A DNA stretch of 48,199 nt from Limisphaerales bacterium (lineage in GTDB: Bacteria > Verrucomicrobiota > Verrucomicrobiia > Limisphaerales > SIBE01). The notes under the pieces are model-generated. The model worked only from the letters and a program-made list of their open reading frames with translations, was not told where the DNA came from and made no database searches. Each line of letters starts with the position of its first letter. Position 1 is the stretch's first letter. Shown here one piece after another: positions 31,371 through 40,791 of this stretch. The stretch covers positions 1 to 48,199 of the forward strand of contig JBGAIN010000053.1 of NCBI GenBank assembly GCA_044225505.1, written 5' to 3'. A program made the translations under genes and the position numbers.

Positions 31371-34300
31371 TCAGGGTGCGCCGGAGGCCGAGCTCCAAAC
31401 GCCCAGTTCGTCATAACTTGCAGATACCAGCGCACCATCGTCCCGGAAAGCAAGCGCGCGGACTTCATGACGGTGACCGCGTAATCGACCAACACGATGC
31501 CAGGACTCGACACTCCAGAGAGCAATGTCCTGCGACTCCGCCACGGCCAGGGTCTTGCCATCGTCGGAAATGGCCGTCGCAATGACCCCGCCCAGTCCGG
31601 AGTCCAACGCGGACGGCGCAACGCCGTTTTTCAAACGGTGGACTTGCAGTGAGCGTAGCCCGTTGCCGCCAGTAAACACCGTCGAACCGTCGCGGGAGAA
31701 AACAGCCGATGTTAGGATGGTTTCCGCTACCCGATTCTTCGCCAACAACGCGCCTTCGGCAAGATCCCAGGCAAGCATCCAGCCCGAGTAATTGGCGATA
31801 GCGAGACGCTGTCCGTCCCTTGAAAAAGTGGTTCCGCCAGCAATGTCGTAATTATAGGTGTCTCGGAAGTCAAAGGTGCCAATCTCGCGTCCAGACTTCA
31901 CCTCATACAAGCGCAAGTTCGGCCAGGCCGGAAAAGCCAACCGCGTGCCGTCGCGGGAAAATGCCATCCGGCCAGCGCTGATCGGCTCGCCAAGCTGAAC
32001 TGTCCACGTGGCCTTGTTGCTCTGAATGTCCCAAAGAAACAAACTCACGCCGCCTTTATTCAAAGTGGCCAAGGCCGCGCGACGGCCATCCGGACTAATC
32101 GCTTCCTGCAGGACATTGGTTCCTGGCAAGTCGCAGCGCGTGACGTCGGTCAATGTGCGCGTATCCAAGACGCCAAAGGTGGCGTTGGTAAAAATGGTGA
32201 TCAAATGATTCCCAGCCGAAGACAGGCTGAACAACTCCGACCGATTGGCAGTTAACAAGAGTCCCGGTGGCAGCGGCTTGATTCGATTCCCACGCGGCGG
32301 CGCGGGATCTCGAGGCCAAAGGCGGACTGCTTCGTCCCCGCCGGAAGCCATGATCGTCTGCCCGTCGGGGGAGAACGCGACGGCGTTGACGGAGCCTTGC
32401 ATCCCGCGCAATTCGTGATGAAGCTTTCCGGTGGCAGCGTCCAGCACTTTCACTTGCTCGGTTTCATCAATGAATGCCAGGAGATCCCCCTGGGGCGACA
32501 CAATAACTGGCCACACGTCTATCTTAGGAAGCTGCACTTTGAGAAGTTCTTTGCGCTCAGCGATGTCCCAAACCCGTAGGGTGCCATCCAACGCCGCCGA
32601 AACCAGGCGTTGGCCATCCGGAAAAAAGCAGAGCGTCTGAACGACGTTCGTGTGACCGACGAGAAGGCCGACATTCGTTCTGGCTACGTAGTTCCGAAGG
32701 TGTATCTCGCCATTGGGGCTGCCGCAGTAGGCCAACATTGGCGCCGAGGATGAAAAGTCGAAGCCCAGTGGGGCAATTTTGCTTCGGAAGCCAGGGAGCA
32801 AAGCAGTTTCGCGGCGCGTCCCTAAATCAAAAAGATGAATGCCATCTCCCACTTCTTCGTAAGCGAGAAGACGGCTATCTGGTGAAAACTTCGTCACTTT
32901 CCTGGGAAAGCGGTTGGTCGAAAGCACGGAATCGACGCCGCCCGTCGCCAAATCCCAAAGGCGCATGGGATGCGCGGCCGGGGCCAGACCGGACCCGCAG
33001 ATCGCGACGAGCCAGCGTCCGTCCGGCGACGACGCGGCATCGACCACGGGACCGTCCTGAGGGAGTAACTGGACCTGCTGACCGGTCGGGACATGCCAAA
33101 TGCGCACCGTTCCGTCGCGTCCGGCGGACCACGCCCTGTCGCCATCAGGAAGAAATCCGACAGCAGTGACGATCGAGGTCGCGTGTTTTCCGAGAATCCG
33201 AAGCTCGTTGCCTTTGGTTTGCTCCAAATAGTAATGCCACTCCCAGCCGCGCAAATCATGCTCTAGAGAGGTCGAAAGCAGCGAACTGCGGCTCGGACGC
33301 GGCTTATACCTTTCGAGCAAAGTGCGGGCTTCACCGATTCGGTTGTCGTCGAGCGCCAGTTGAGTGAGCAGCATGTCAGAGGAATAGGCGTTTTGTTCTG
33401 CACGATAGCGTGCGATGGACTCAGCGTTGCGGGCGCGGCTGAACTGGTAGACAATGAGAGGAGAGGCGGCCAAAATAATGATGAAGAGCAGCAGAGCCAC
33501 GGCATAAGCAAGGGCCAGGGCCGGATTACGCCGAGACCAGCACATCAGGCGCGCGCGGCGAGTGATCGGACGGGCTGAAATCGGTTCGTTGTTGAGAAAA
33601 CGCTGCAGATCCTCAGCGAGGAATTGCGCGGATCGATATCGTTTTCCTGGATCTTTTTCCAAGCATTTCAGGCAGATCGTTTCCAGATCGAGCGGAACGG
33701 CGGGATTGCCCTCGCGAGGGCGCGCCGGGTTCTCGTCTCCAATGGCGCGAAGGGTCGCTGCCAGAGTGGGTTTGAGAAAGGGCGGCCTCTCCGTGAGGAG
33801 TTCGTAAAGAATACACCCCAGGCCGTAGATGTCGCTCGAGGTCGTCGCAGACGCGGCTCCAGCCGCAGCGATTTCGGGCGACAAATAAGCGACCGTGCCC
33901 AAGATGGAATGAGTCAAAGTCAAGGAGCTATCCTCCGCCAAAACTCGCGCCAGGCCAAAGTCGCTGACAAACGGCTTGCCTTCTGCATCCAGCAGGATAT
34001 TCGCCGGTTTCAGATCACGGTGCAGAATGCCATGCCGATGGGCGAAATCGACGGCGCTGGCGATTGCGATCAGCAACCGAGCCGCTTCTTCCGGGCTGGG
34101 GCGACTGTGCGCAATGCGCTCCCGCAAAGTGCCGCCTTCGCAATAGCGCATCGCGAGGAAGTGATTTCCTTCGTGCTCTCCATATTCATAAATGGGAACG
34201 ATGTGGGGATGTTCCAGGCGAGCCGCGGCTGACGCCTCGGTGTGAAATCGATGAATGAAATCGCGCGAAGCCACGGGACCACTCGCGAGCAGCTTCAGCG

Positions 34301-34556
34301 CGACCACGCGATTCAGCCCGAATTGCCGTGCTTTGAAGACTACAGCACTGCCCCCCCGCCCCACCTCGGTCAGCAATTCATAATCGCCGAAAAACCGCCC
34401 CGTTAAGAGTGATGCCACCGGCGGCCCAGGACGGACAAGCGAACCCAGGCATTGCCGCACCAGACATTGAGGACAAAGGCCTTGCGGCGCGTTCCGCGGA
34501 ATGGGTGCTCCGCAATCCGAGCACGGGCTGGCTGGTTCTGGGGCACTGGCCGGCAT
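31371..34556 (-). CDS. Ser/Thr protein kinase with TM segment and WD40 repeats
   Basis: N-terminal CxxC...CPxC, GRGGSAVV, VALK, HRDLKPANILL, DFGLAR, GTVAYLSPE, DLETICLKCLEKDP; many WD40 repeats. Confidence 0.96.
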   Translation of the reverse strand: MPASAPEPASPCSDCGAPIPRNAPQGLCPQCLVRQCLGSLVRPGPPVASLLTGRFFGDYELLTEVGRGGSAVVFKARQFGLNRVVALKLLASGPVASRDFIHRFHTEASAAARLEHPHIVPIYEYGEHEGNHFLAMRYCEGGTLRERIAHSRPSPEEAARLLIAIASAVDFAHRHGILHRDLKPANILLDAEGKPFVSDFGLARVLAEDSSLTLTHSILGTVAYLSPEIAAAGAASATTSSDIYGLGCILYELLTERPPFLKPTLAATLRAIGDENPARPREGNPAVPLDLETICLKCLEKDPGKRYRSAQFLAEDLQRFLNNEPISARPITRRARLMCWSRRNPALALAYAVALLLFIIILAASPLIVYQFSRARNAESIARYRAEQNAYSSDMLLTQLALDDNRIGEARTLLERYKPRPSRSSLLSTSLEHDLRGWEWHYYLEQTKGNELRILGKHATSIVTAVGFLPDGDRAWSAGRDGTVRIWHVPTGQQVQLLPQDGPVVDAASSPDGRWLVAICGSGLAPAAHPMRLWDLATGGVDSVLSTNRFPRKVTKFSPDSRLLAYEEVGDGIHLFDLGTRRETALLPGFRSKIAPLGFDFSSSAPMLAYCGSPNGEIHLRNYVARTNVGLLVGHTNVVQTLCFFPDGQRLVSAALDGTLRVWDIAERKELLKVQLPKIDVWPVIVSPQGDLLAFIDETEQVKVLDAATGKLHHELRGMQGSVNAVAFSPDGQTIMASGGDEAVRLWPRDPAPPRGNRIKPLPPGLLLTANRSELFSLSSAGNHLITIFTNATFGVLDTRTLTDVTRCDLPGTNVLQEAISPDGRRAALATLNKGGVSLFLWDIQSNKATWTVQLGEPISAGRMAFSRDGTRLAFPAWPNLRLYEVKSGREIGTFDFRDTYNYDIAGGTTFSRDGQRLAIANYSGWMLAWDLAEGALLAKNRVAETILTSAVFSRDGSTVFTGGNGLRSLQVHRLKNGVAPSALDSGLGGVIATAISDDGKTLAVAESQDIALWSVESWHRVGRLRGHRHEVRALAFRDDGALVSASYDELGVWSSASGAP

Positions 34557-34598
34557 GCGTGGATTGTGCGGCGTCCGTGCAACGGCGGAAATGACAAA

Positions 34599-36542
34599 TT
34601 AGGGGAACGCCCCGGTCAAATGTTCGCCCGACGGCGTAAGCGCAACCACCAATCGGAAAAATGTCGCCCCGCCCAGTTCCCTCGCCAGAACACGGGCGTG
34701 AGCGGTGCAGGAGCCGTCCTCATTCAGGGAGAGTTCGCGACCGTCGAGGTGGATCAATCCATCCCACGAGTGAAGGTCTTTTGAGGAAGCGAGCGCGTAG
34801 GACAGCTCTGAGGATAGAGGGCGGCGGAAAGTGATATCCAGCACTCCGTCGCCCTGAGATTTATCAAATTGAATACCCAACGGCGGCGCGACAGATAAAA
34901 CCAAAGGATTAGTGCCTTGAGCGAATTCCAAGAGATTGGGCTGACCGTCGCCGTCCGGGTCGGCGCTGTCGGCGGAGATTGAGCTTGTTAAATTCGTGAA
35001 GTATTTAGCGCGCCACGCCTCATAAGAGAGACTTGCGGGGAACAGGTCATGGCTGGGCCACTGTGAAATGTGGTCTACGGACGTTTGCAGGCTGACCAGA
35101 GCGGTCCACGCTGGAGAATGGTCTGTTGTGTTAAAAGTGAACGCCAGGATCACCCCATTTTTTCGGTGCATCGCGAGATCAAAATTGCCCGTATCACCCC
35201 CCGTTTTGTACCAAACACCCGTACTTGGGCTGACCGAATCCCAGCCAATTCCGTAGTAATCGCCCTGCGGGCCGGGAAACTTGCCTCGGGTGAGCATGGC
35301 ACTGACCGAGTTTGTCGAAAGAATGTCAGGGTAAGTTTTGTCGCCATCGATCGCAGCAACGAACCGGGCAAAGTCCACCGCTGAGATGAGCCAACCGCCG
35401 TCCGCAGCATAGAGAGATACAGGCCAGGCATACGGGAGGTCGAAATCCAATGGCCGGGGTTCATACAGGGCGTAGACCCCGGTGAGAGTCAGGCTCGGAT
35501 GCAAATAGTAGACAACCTCGCCCGCGCGTCTCTCGGCGCGCGAGTTGCCACCGACGCGCATGCGTGTGATCTGCGCCTGCGCCAGGAGCTGACGCGCGGC
35601 CTCCTCGTAGGACACGCCACTGCGTTTCTCGACGAGTGTTCCCAGCAGGTCATACCCGAAGTTAGAGTAAACTGTCATTGTGCCCGGGGTAAACTGCAGA
35701 CGTTTCCCGAGGACCCAGCGAACGAGGTCGCTCGGCGTGGGCTGAGTCGTTAAACTCAAATCCCGCGCGATGGTATTCGGCCAACTCGTTGGATCAAAGC
35801 CCCTCTGGCCTAAAGGACTAAGGGCGGTGTCACTATTCCAGCCACCTGAATGGTAAAGTACCTGTCGGACGGTGATATTTGTCCAACGGCTGTCGAAAGT
35901 CGCACCGGGGTAGAGAGGAGGCTCGAGCTCGAGAGCATGGAATATGGACTCCTCCAGGTTCAATTTGCCTTGCTCAACCAGCTTCATGACGCTGGCGGCG
36001 GTGATGGTCTTCGCCAGACTCCCGCTCCGGCACAGAGAGTCCGGCTGATACGGTTGACTGTTTTCGACATCGGCGAAACCGTAGCCGCGCGCAAAGACCA
36101 AGCGGCCATCTTTAACCACGGCCAACGAACCACCAGGCAAGGTGTGGTTAAGCATCGCCACCTGCATGTTGGTATCCAGCCGAGCCAACTCTGGAATGCG
36201 TGGTCCGGTCGGCGCTGGCCAGGCGCGAATCATAACGCGGGCGACTTGACTGGTCGCCGTCCCGCTATTGTCAGAAACAATCACTTTGTAAAGGCCGTCA
36301 TCAGCCAATTGCGCATTTGCGATGACCAACGTCCGATTGGTCGCCCCTGGAATGAGCCGGTCGTCAAACTGCCACTGAAAGCCGGAGGGAGTGGGTCCGG
36401 CGACGGTCACACTGAGTGAAAGCCGCCTTCCCTGCCATTGGAACTGAGTTCGGGGTTCGGAAGTGATCGTGGGATTCGAGCGCGCGACGCTCACTCCAAG
36501 TTCTATCAGAATCAGCCAAGTAGCCACTCGTCGATACGTCAT
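34599..36542 (-). CDS. Secreted serine hydrolase (beta-lactamase/AmpC-like) with N-terminal Ig domain
   Basis: SLAK (SxxK), YSN and KTG motifs; Ig domain FQWQF...DDGLYKV; C-terminal DPDGDG and sorting-like domain. Confidence 0.9.
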   Translation of the reverse strand: MTYRRVATWLILIELGVSVARSNPTITSEPRTQFQWQGRRLSLSVTVAGPTPSGFQWQFDDRLIPGATNRTLVIANAQLADDGLYKVIVSDNSGTATSQVARVMIRAWPAPTGPRIPELARLDTNMQVAMLNHTLPGGSLAVVKDGRLVFARGYGFADVENSQPYQPDSLCRSGSLAKTITAASVMKLVEQGKLNLEESIFHALELEPPLYPGATFDSRWTNITVRQVLYHSGGWNSDTALSPLGQRGFDPTSWPNTIARDLSLTTQPTPSDLVRWVLGKRLQFTPGTMTVYSNFGYDLLGTLVEKRSGVSYEEAARQLLAQAQITRMRVGGNSRAERRAGEVVYYLHPSLTLTGVYALYEPRPLDFDLPYAWPVSLYAADGGWLISAVDFARFVAAIDGDKTYPDILSTNSVSAMLTRGKFPGPQGDYYGIGWDSVSPSTGVWYKTGGDTGNFDLAMHRKNGVILAFTFNTTDHSPAWTALVSLQTSVDHISQWPSHDLFPASLSYEAWRAKYFTNLTSSISADSADPDGDGQPNLLEFAQGTNPLVLSVAPPLGIQFDKSQGDGVLDITFRRPLSSELSYALASSKDLHSWDGLIHLDGRELSLNEDGSCTAHARVLARELGGATFFRLVVALTPSGEHLTGAFP

Positions 36543-36687
36543 TGTCTACTAACTCAGGAATTGGGAGTGCGAAGTAACGAAGTATTTTGAGGTCAAGGAC
36601 CGGAGGCGGGTGGATCCTCGAGACTAAGAGTCGATTCAACGCGTCGGCGGCCTTGGCCGGAAGAAGCAGGCCGCTCCGAAACATTCC

Positions 36688-37437
36688 TCAAGCCTTCAAA
36701 GCCAACGCTGCCAAGAAAGTGCGCAGTTCCGATTCGAGATCCTCAGGGTTGCGAACCGTCTGCAGAATCTCTTGCCGGATAATAGTGCCAAGGCGATCGC
36801 GCATCCGCTTAACCGTCATTTTCGCCGCACCTTCGGTCATGCTCAAGCCAACGGCGATTTGGGCGTAAGTTGCCAAAGTATCATTCCCCGTGAGAAAGCA
36901 TTTCAGGCCTTCAAAGAGCTCGCTGCGCCCGGATCGTGCAAATTCCTCCTGGAGTCGACGTAAGCTCTGGTCGAGAATCGCGAAGGCCCAATCGCGATCG
37001 AATTGCGTGATAGAATCATCGCCAGCCCCGCTGGAAGAGCAAATCTCGGTCAGGACAGTATCGAACTGCAGGAACTCAATTTGCCCGCCGCGTTTGAGCG
37101 CTGTGCGGCGATCCTGTTGATCGGCGAGGAAGTATTTAACCGCGGAGAAAAGAAAGGATCGGAAGCGGCCCTGCTCGGGGTTGGCGCGAGTTAAGGTGCG
37201 CTTTTGCAGGAGGTGTTCAAAAAACGCCTGAGTGAGATCTTGAGCCTCTTCAACGTTCGGCGACCTCCGGCGAATGAAGCCGTAAACGGGCTGCCAATAG
37301 GCCCGGCAAAGTGCTTCCAGGGCTCGAGCCGAATCAGGGTGCGACGATTGAGCTGCCGCGGCGACGAGACTCCAGCGAGTCGTCAGGAATGCATTCGGAA
37401 TCGCGTCATCGAGATCCGGAACTGGCATGTTCTGCAT
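36688..37437 (-). CDS. ECF-type sigma-70 factor (kinase-associated PVC type)
   Basis: FLTTRWSLV, ALEALCRAYWQPVYGFIRR, AQDLTQAFF, GRFRSFL, KRGG, FDRDWA, region-4 YAQIA..L.MTEGAAKMTVKRMR. Confidence 0.92.
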   Translation of the reverse strand: MQNMPVPDLDDAIPNAFLTTRWSLVAAAAQSSHPDSARALEALCRAYWQPVYGFIRRRSPNVEEAQDLTQAFFEHLLQKRTLTRANPEQGRFRSFLFSAVKYFLADQQDRRTALKRGGQIEFLQFDTVLTEICSSSGAGDDSITQFDRDWAFAILDQSLRRLQEEFARSGRSELFEGLKCFLTGNDTLATYAQIAVGLSMTEGAAKMTVKRMRDRLGTIIRQEILQTVRNPEDLESELRTFLAALALKA

Positions 37438-37726
37438 TTTGACCGCCATCCCGGAATCGTGCAAGCTTCTCAGTGACCCTGTTTTCCAAATCCCGGACCC
37501 TTTGCTCCTGATCCTGCACCAAGGGACTCCCCGGCGTAAACTGCGCCAGCAGCTTCTTGAGCTGATTCCGTTCGGCCTCTAAGCGCAGCGATTCGATAGA
37601 ACGTCCTTGCGCGGACGCTTGCTCCTCAACGTTGATTGCCGGAGATCGTGCAGAGTAATGCCCCACACCAATACCGGCTGCCATTCCGATGGCAATGCCA
37701 ATAACCAAAGTGACTGTTGCTCTCAT
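37406..37726 (-). CDS. Hypothetical membrane-anchored coiled-coil protein (distal cassette ORF)
   Basis: GAGAGG RBS, N-terminal TM helix, LRLEAERNQL...P.VQDQEQRV coiled coil; starts just after a degenerate attC. Confidence 0.65.
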   Translation of the reverse strand: MRATVTLVIGIAIGMAAGIGVGHYSARSPAINVEEQASAQGRSIESLRLEAERNQLKKLLAQFTPGSPLVQDQEQRVRDLENRVTEKLARFRDGGQNAEHASSGSR

Positions 37727-37759
37727 ATTATTCCTCTCGATTACAAAGTATCCCGAGTA

Positions 37760-37852
37760 ATCTGACGCCAACAGAACCGACAGCGGCCCGCTGGACGAGC
37801 CGAATACGACAAGTGCAGACTCGCCGCAGTTCCGTTCACGGCGGGGATAGGA
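37760..37852 (-). other. Degenerate attC-like site
   Basis: Minus strand TCCTATC-cccgc-CGTGAACGGAACTGCGGC...GCCGCTGTCGGTTCTGTTGGC-GTCAGAT; same layout as the other sites but both core sites are mutated. Confidence 0.5.
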
Positions 37853-37870
37853 GAGTCGAGTTGCTGCTGC

Positions 37871-38602
37871 CTACTGGCCATTCCAGGAGTAATCAAATGG
37901 ACTCGGTGGGTTATAATGATACGCCTGCCCAGCCTCCCCCTTCACACCGTTCCAGAAAACTTCTTTCGCCCCGACGTGACCGTCCACGAAGGCAAATTCG
38001 TTTCTTGACCGGTTAAATATCAGCTCCTGCTTTGCCGGATGGTGCCACGAGAACCCAACAAAGCCGGACGCCTCGCCCAGTTCAATGACACGCTGTGGGC
38101 TTCGGATTGTGTGCAGCTTTACCCCAGCTATCCCAGGCAAGATTTCATTGGTTTTCTGGTTCAGACCGTTGAACAAATAGCTGGAAAATCCAGGAGCAAG
38201 GGAATGTGACGCTGCAAGCCTCACGGGCATGTCGCTGACGAAACCGATGACGAAGGTGTCGCGTGGGCAGATAAACACCTTGTCTCCAGGCGTGGAATTG
38301 GTCTGGTTGCCCAGATACGGCTGAATCATATATCGATAGGTCTTCCAGATCTCCACGCTGGGCGTTCCGAGCACGTCCACTAATCCTATTGGTGCGGTGT
38401 CTTTGAAGTCTCCGGTGTAAAGCGCCATAGCGAGGCTAAGCTGATGGAGGTTATTCACGCAGACGCCCAGTTTCGAGGAATCCTTGGCCCGCAGAACGGC
38501 TATGGCAAGTAGGCTAGCCAGCACCCCAAGCACGGACACCACGACTAACATCTCAACGACTGTAAACCCTGGGAATGGCGCTCTCCTTCCAACAGTTTTC
38601 AT
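37871..38602 (-). CDS. Cassette-borne prepilin-type (pseudopilin-like) protein with H-X9-DG-type motif
   Basis: GFTVVEMLVVVSVLGVLASLL, CVNNLHQL, FICPRD, SYLFNG, NEFAFVDGHV. Confidence 0.88.
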   Translation of the reverse strand: MKTVGRRAPFPGFTVVEMLVVVSVLGVLASLLAIAVLRAKDSSKLGVCVNNLHQLSLAMALYTGDFKDTAPIGLVDVLGTPSVEIWKTYRYMIQPYLGNQTNSTPGDKVFICPRDTFVIGFVSDMPVRLAASHSLAPGFSSYLFNGLNQKTNEILPGIAGVKLHTIRSPQRVIELGEASGFVGFSWHHPAKQELIFNRSRNEFAFVDGHVGAKEVFWNGVKGEAGQAYHYNPPSPFDYSWNGQ

Positions 38603-38619
38603 ATTCGAGCGGTCTCGTC

Positions 38620-38742
38620 ACCTAACGAAGATATGCGACCGCCACCGCGAGTAAAGCGGGAGTGTGACTGGCGTGACCGAGTTCTCGGTTCGCGGAAAAC
38701 AGAGTGAGGCAGCGGTGGTTCGTCGTCATCGATTTGTTAAAC
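38620..38742 (-). other. attC site
   Basis: Minus strand GTTTAAC-aaatc-GATGACGACGAACCACCGC...GCGGTGGCGGTCGCATATCTTC-GTTAGGT; canonical RYYYAAC/GTTRRRY ends, 4 bp after a stop codon and 17 bp before the next ATG. Confidence 0.85.
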
Positions 38743-38746
38743 TTTT

Positions 38747-39391
38747 TCACTCCTGGAACGGGCAGGAATGTCCTCTTAACATCTCGTAGTGGTGGAGACG
38801 GCACTTTACACTTACCCTGATTCGCTTCCGGCTGCAACCGGCAGTCGAGCAAACCTCAGGCCCGACCTCATTACCGAGCGACTCCCAAAACTTCCGATAC
38901 ATGTAGCGATTTAACTCTTGCGATGCCGGATGGACGATTTCCTTAATGGATCGGAAATTGGGATTCAGCCAATATGGTTCAGGGCCTTCACGGATAAGTC
39001 GACTTAGGAAATCGGTGAAGTTCTTCGCGATCACACCCGCAGTCCCTATTGTATCGTGATCGCAGTCCAGAATGTTCTCCGTCGTCAAATCGATGGCGAT
39101 ATAGTTTCCGTCACGAGCGTCAAGGAAAGCGATCCAATGTGCGGGACATCTGAGCCCACCGAACTCGCCCGCCTGCAATTCCCCAACGTTAGTCAATTCA
39201 TCAATCTGCAACAGGCGATAGCGCCCCTCGAACAGCTCTACAGCCCCAGCATTACAGCAAGCGACTTTGAGATCTTGGGGGATCGAAGAGCCGGACAGCG
39301 CCTTGATCCGGCCAACCTTAAGCTCGACGTCTTCCGGAAACCGTCGAGCGTCCTGTTGCTCAAGCAAGGCAAGTAAACCGGTCGCCTCCAT
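38747..39391 (-). CDS. SMI1/KNR4 (SUKH) family immunity-like protein, cassette
   Basis: IPQDLK, WIAFLDARDGNYIAIDL, ILDCDHDT, VIAKNFTDFLSRL; C-terminal Cys/His cluster. Confidence 0.8.
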   Translation of the reverse strand: MEATGLLALLEQQDARRFPEDVELKVGRIKALSGSSIPQDLKVACCNAGAVELFEGRYRLLQIDELTNVGELQAGEFGGLRCPAHWIAFLDARDGNYIAIDLTTENILDCDHDTIGTAGVIAKNFTDFLSRLIREGPEPYWLNPNFRSIKEIVHPASQELNRYMYRKFWESLGNEVGPEVCSTAGCSRKRIRVSVKCRLHHYEMLRGHSCPFQE

Positions 39392-39392
39392 A

Positions 39393-39515
39393 GGCTAACA
39401 CCCAACTAAGCGACAGCCGCTGAGAGCACAAGCCTGATCGCGGAGCGCGCGTCCAATTCCCCGCCCGCCCGGGACCCGAGACGCGTTGCGGAAGTTCGAC
39501 TCCAGTGCGTTCGAC
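39393..39515 (-). other. attC site
   Basis: Minus strand GTCGAAC-GCACTGGAGTCGAACTTCCGC...GCGGCTGTCGCTTAGTTGGGT-GTTAGCC, followed 1 bp later by ATG. Confidence 0.75.
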
Positions 39516-39533
39516 GAGATTTTCTTCATTGCG

Positions 39534-40370
39534 TCAATTCGCTCGTTTGATCCCGAAGTAGCCATCGAATTCGCCGCCTCTGATTGCCTCGATGATGCGC
39601 GACGGTGAATCCAGACGGCTGACGCAACCGCGAGCCGTCCTCACGGCGTGAATCTCTTTCATCATGGAAAGGCCACTCCATCCAGCCGACGTCGCAGCAG
39701 AACTCGCCAAAACGTCAAATTCACCCGGCGAAACCTTGCGGATGCCGCAAAGGGCATACAGCTTGGCTTCGGGGCGACCGTGCGTGACGATATTCGAGAA
39801 CAGCTCCACGGCATTGGTTTGCATAGCTATGAACAAAACTGCCAGAACCTCGTTGGGCGAGATTGAATAGTATCCCCAACCGCCCGGTGCAAACAGGTTA
39901 GCAGAGGACAAGTAGCTCATTGCCATTTCCACCGTTGGGCGACCTAAGCCTCGTCCAAACTCCACGTGCCCGCTTGGATCAACCGTTCCACCGTAACCAA
40001 CGAAGGTAGAAGGCGGCGGCCGAATCGATACAGCTTGGACAGACAAAGGAAACGGCGGTTCAGCCAATCGGCACAAGCGGTTTAGCGAGTCCCAGTCCTC
40101 TTGGCTCAGGACCGTGCCTCTCAGGACAATAAACGGGTGAGAACTAGCATCGCAGCAATAGCCGACAACGCGAACGTTTTCGAATCGCCGATTGGTCTCT
40201 AGCTGTGGTTGAAACATCGTCACGAACCGCTGAACGCTCCTCTCCTTTGCCTCTGCCATCTTCTGCCGTATTATGTTCCAACCAACGAGACTGGCGTAGG
40301 CGACTGTGATAATGACCACCGCCAAGCAACTGCCGCGAACAACCTTCGAGTGACGAACGAGGTTTATCAT
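39534..40370 (-). CDS. Hypothetical membrane-anchored protein, cassette
   Basis: ATG immediately follows the GTTCGGC core site; N-terminal TM helix; the ORF-track extension to 40508 reads through the attC and the upstream gene. Confidence 0.75.
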   Translation of the reverse strand: MINLVRHSKVVRGSCLAVVIITVAYASLVGWNIIRQKMAEAKERSVQRFVTMFQPQLETNRRFENVRVVGYCCDASSHPFIVLRGTVLSQEDWDSLNRLCRLAEPPFPLSVQAVSIRPPPSTFVGYGGTVDPSGHVEFGRGLGRPTVEMAMSYLSSANLFAPGGWGYYSISPNEVLAVLFIAMQTNAVELFSNIVTHGRPEAKLYALCGIRKVSPGEFDVLASSAATSAGWSGLSMMKEIHAVRTARGCVSRLDSPSRIIEAIRGGEFDGYFGIKRAN

Positions 40371-40467
40371 GCCGAACGACGGAACTGAGCGGCGCGGGCG
40401 GTCCATGGCTCCCGAATTGCCAACCGACGTGGCCCACCCACATTCGCTCCAGTGACCTGGCTTGGCT
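40371..40467 (-). other. attC site
   Basis: Minus strand TGA-AGCCAAGCCAGGTCACTGGAGCGAATG...CCGCTCAGTTCCGTC-GTTCGGC-ATG; fills the whole intergenic space. Confidence 0.8.
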
Positions 40468-40782
40468 TCACTCGACCTCGACTTCGATTCCGCCAATCCA
40501 TTTGGCAATGAGATTGTATATCACTGCGCCGAGTGCGCCAAAGACAAAGCCCATCACAGCATAAATGATTGGCATACACAGTGCGAACCCAACGCCAAAC
40601 ACCATCATTCCAGCGCGCTGCTGAGCGGGTAACTGCGACCCGATCATCGGCATGATGAGAAACAACGGGACAACCAGGAGCCCCATGATTCCGTAGAGGA
40701 TGGCGAGCATCTTACCGAGCTGAAGCGGTGCGATGCTCTTAATTCTTCTTTTGATAGACAGTGGCGGAGGGGTATCGCTCAT
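40468..40782 (-). CDS. DUF3566-like membrane protein, cassette
   Basis: RIKSIAPLQLGKM...two TM helices...IYNLIAKWIGGIEVEVE. Confidence 0.8.
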   Translation of the reverse strand: MSDTPPPLSIKRRIKSIAPLQLGKMLAILYGIMGLLVVPLFLIMPMIGSQLPAQQRAGMMVFGVGFALCMPIIYAVMGFVFGALGAVIYNLIAKWIGGIEVEVE

Positions 40783-40791
40783 AAGGCATTT

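Noticed and set aside
40371..40508. N-terminal extension of ORF 39534..40508
   Set aside because: It reads through the attC and overlaps the DUF3566 gene; ATG 40370 is the better start
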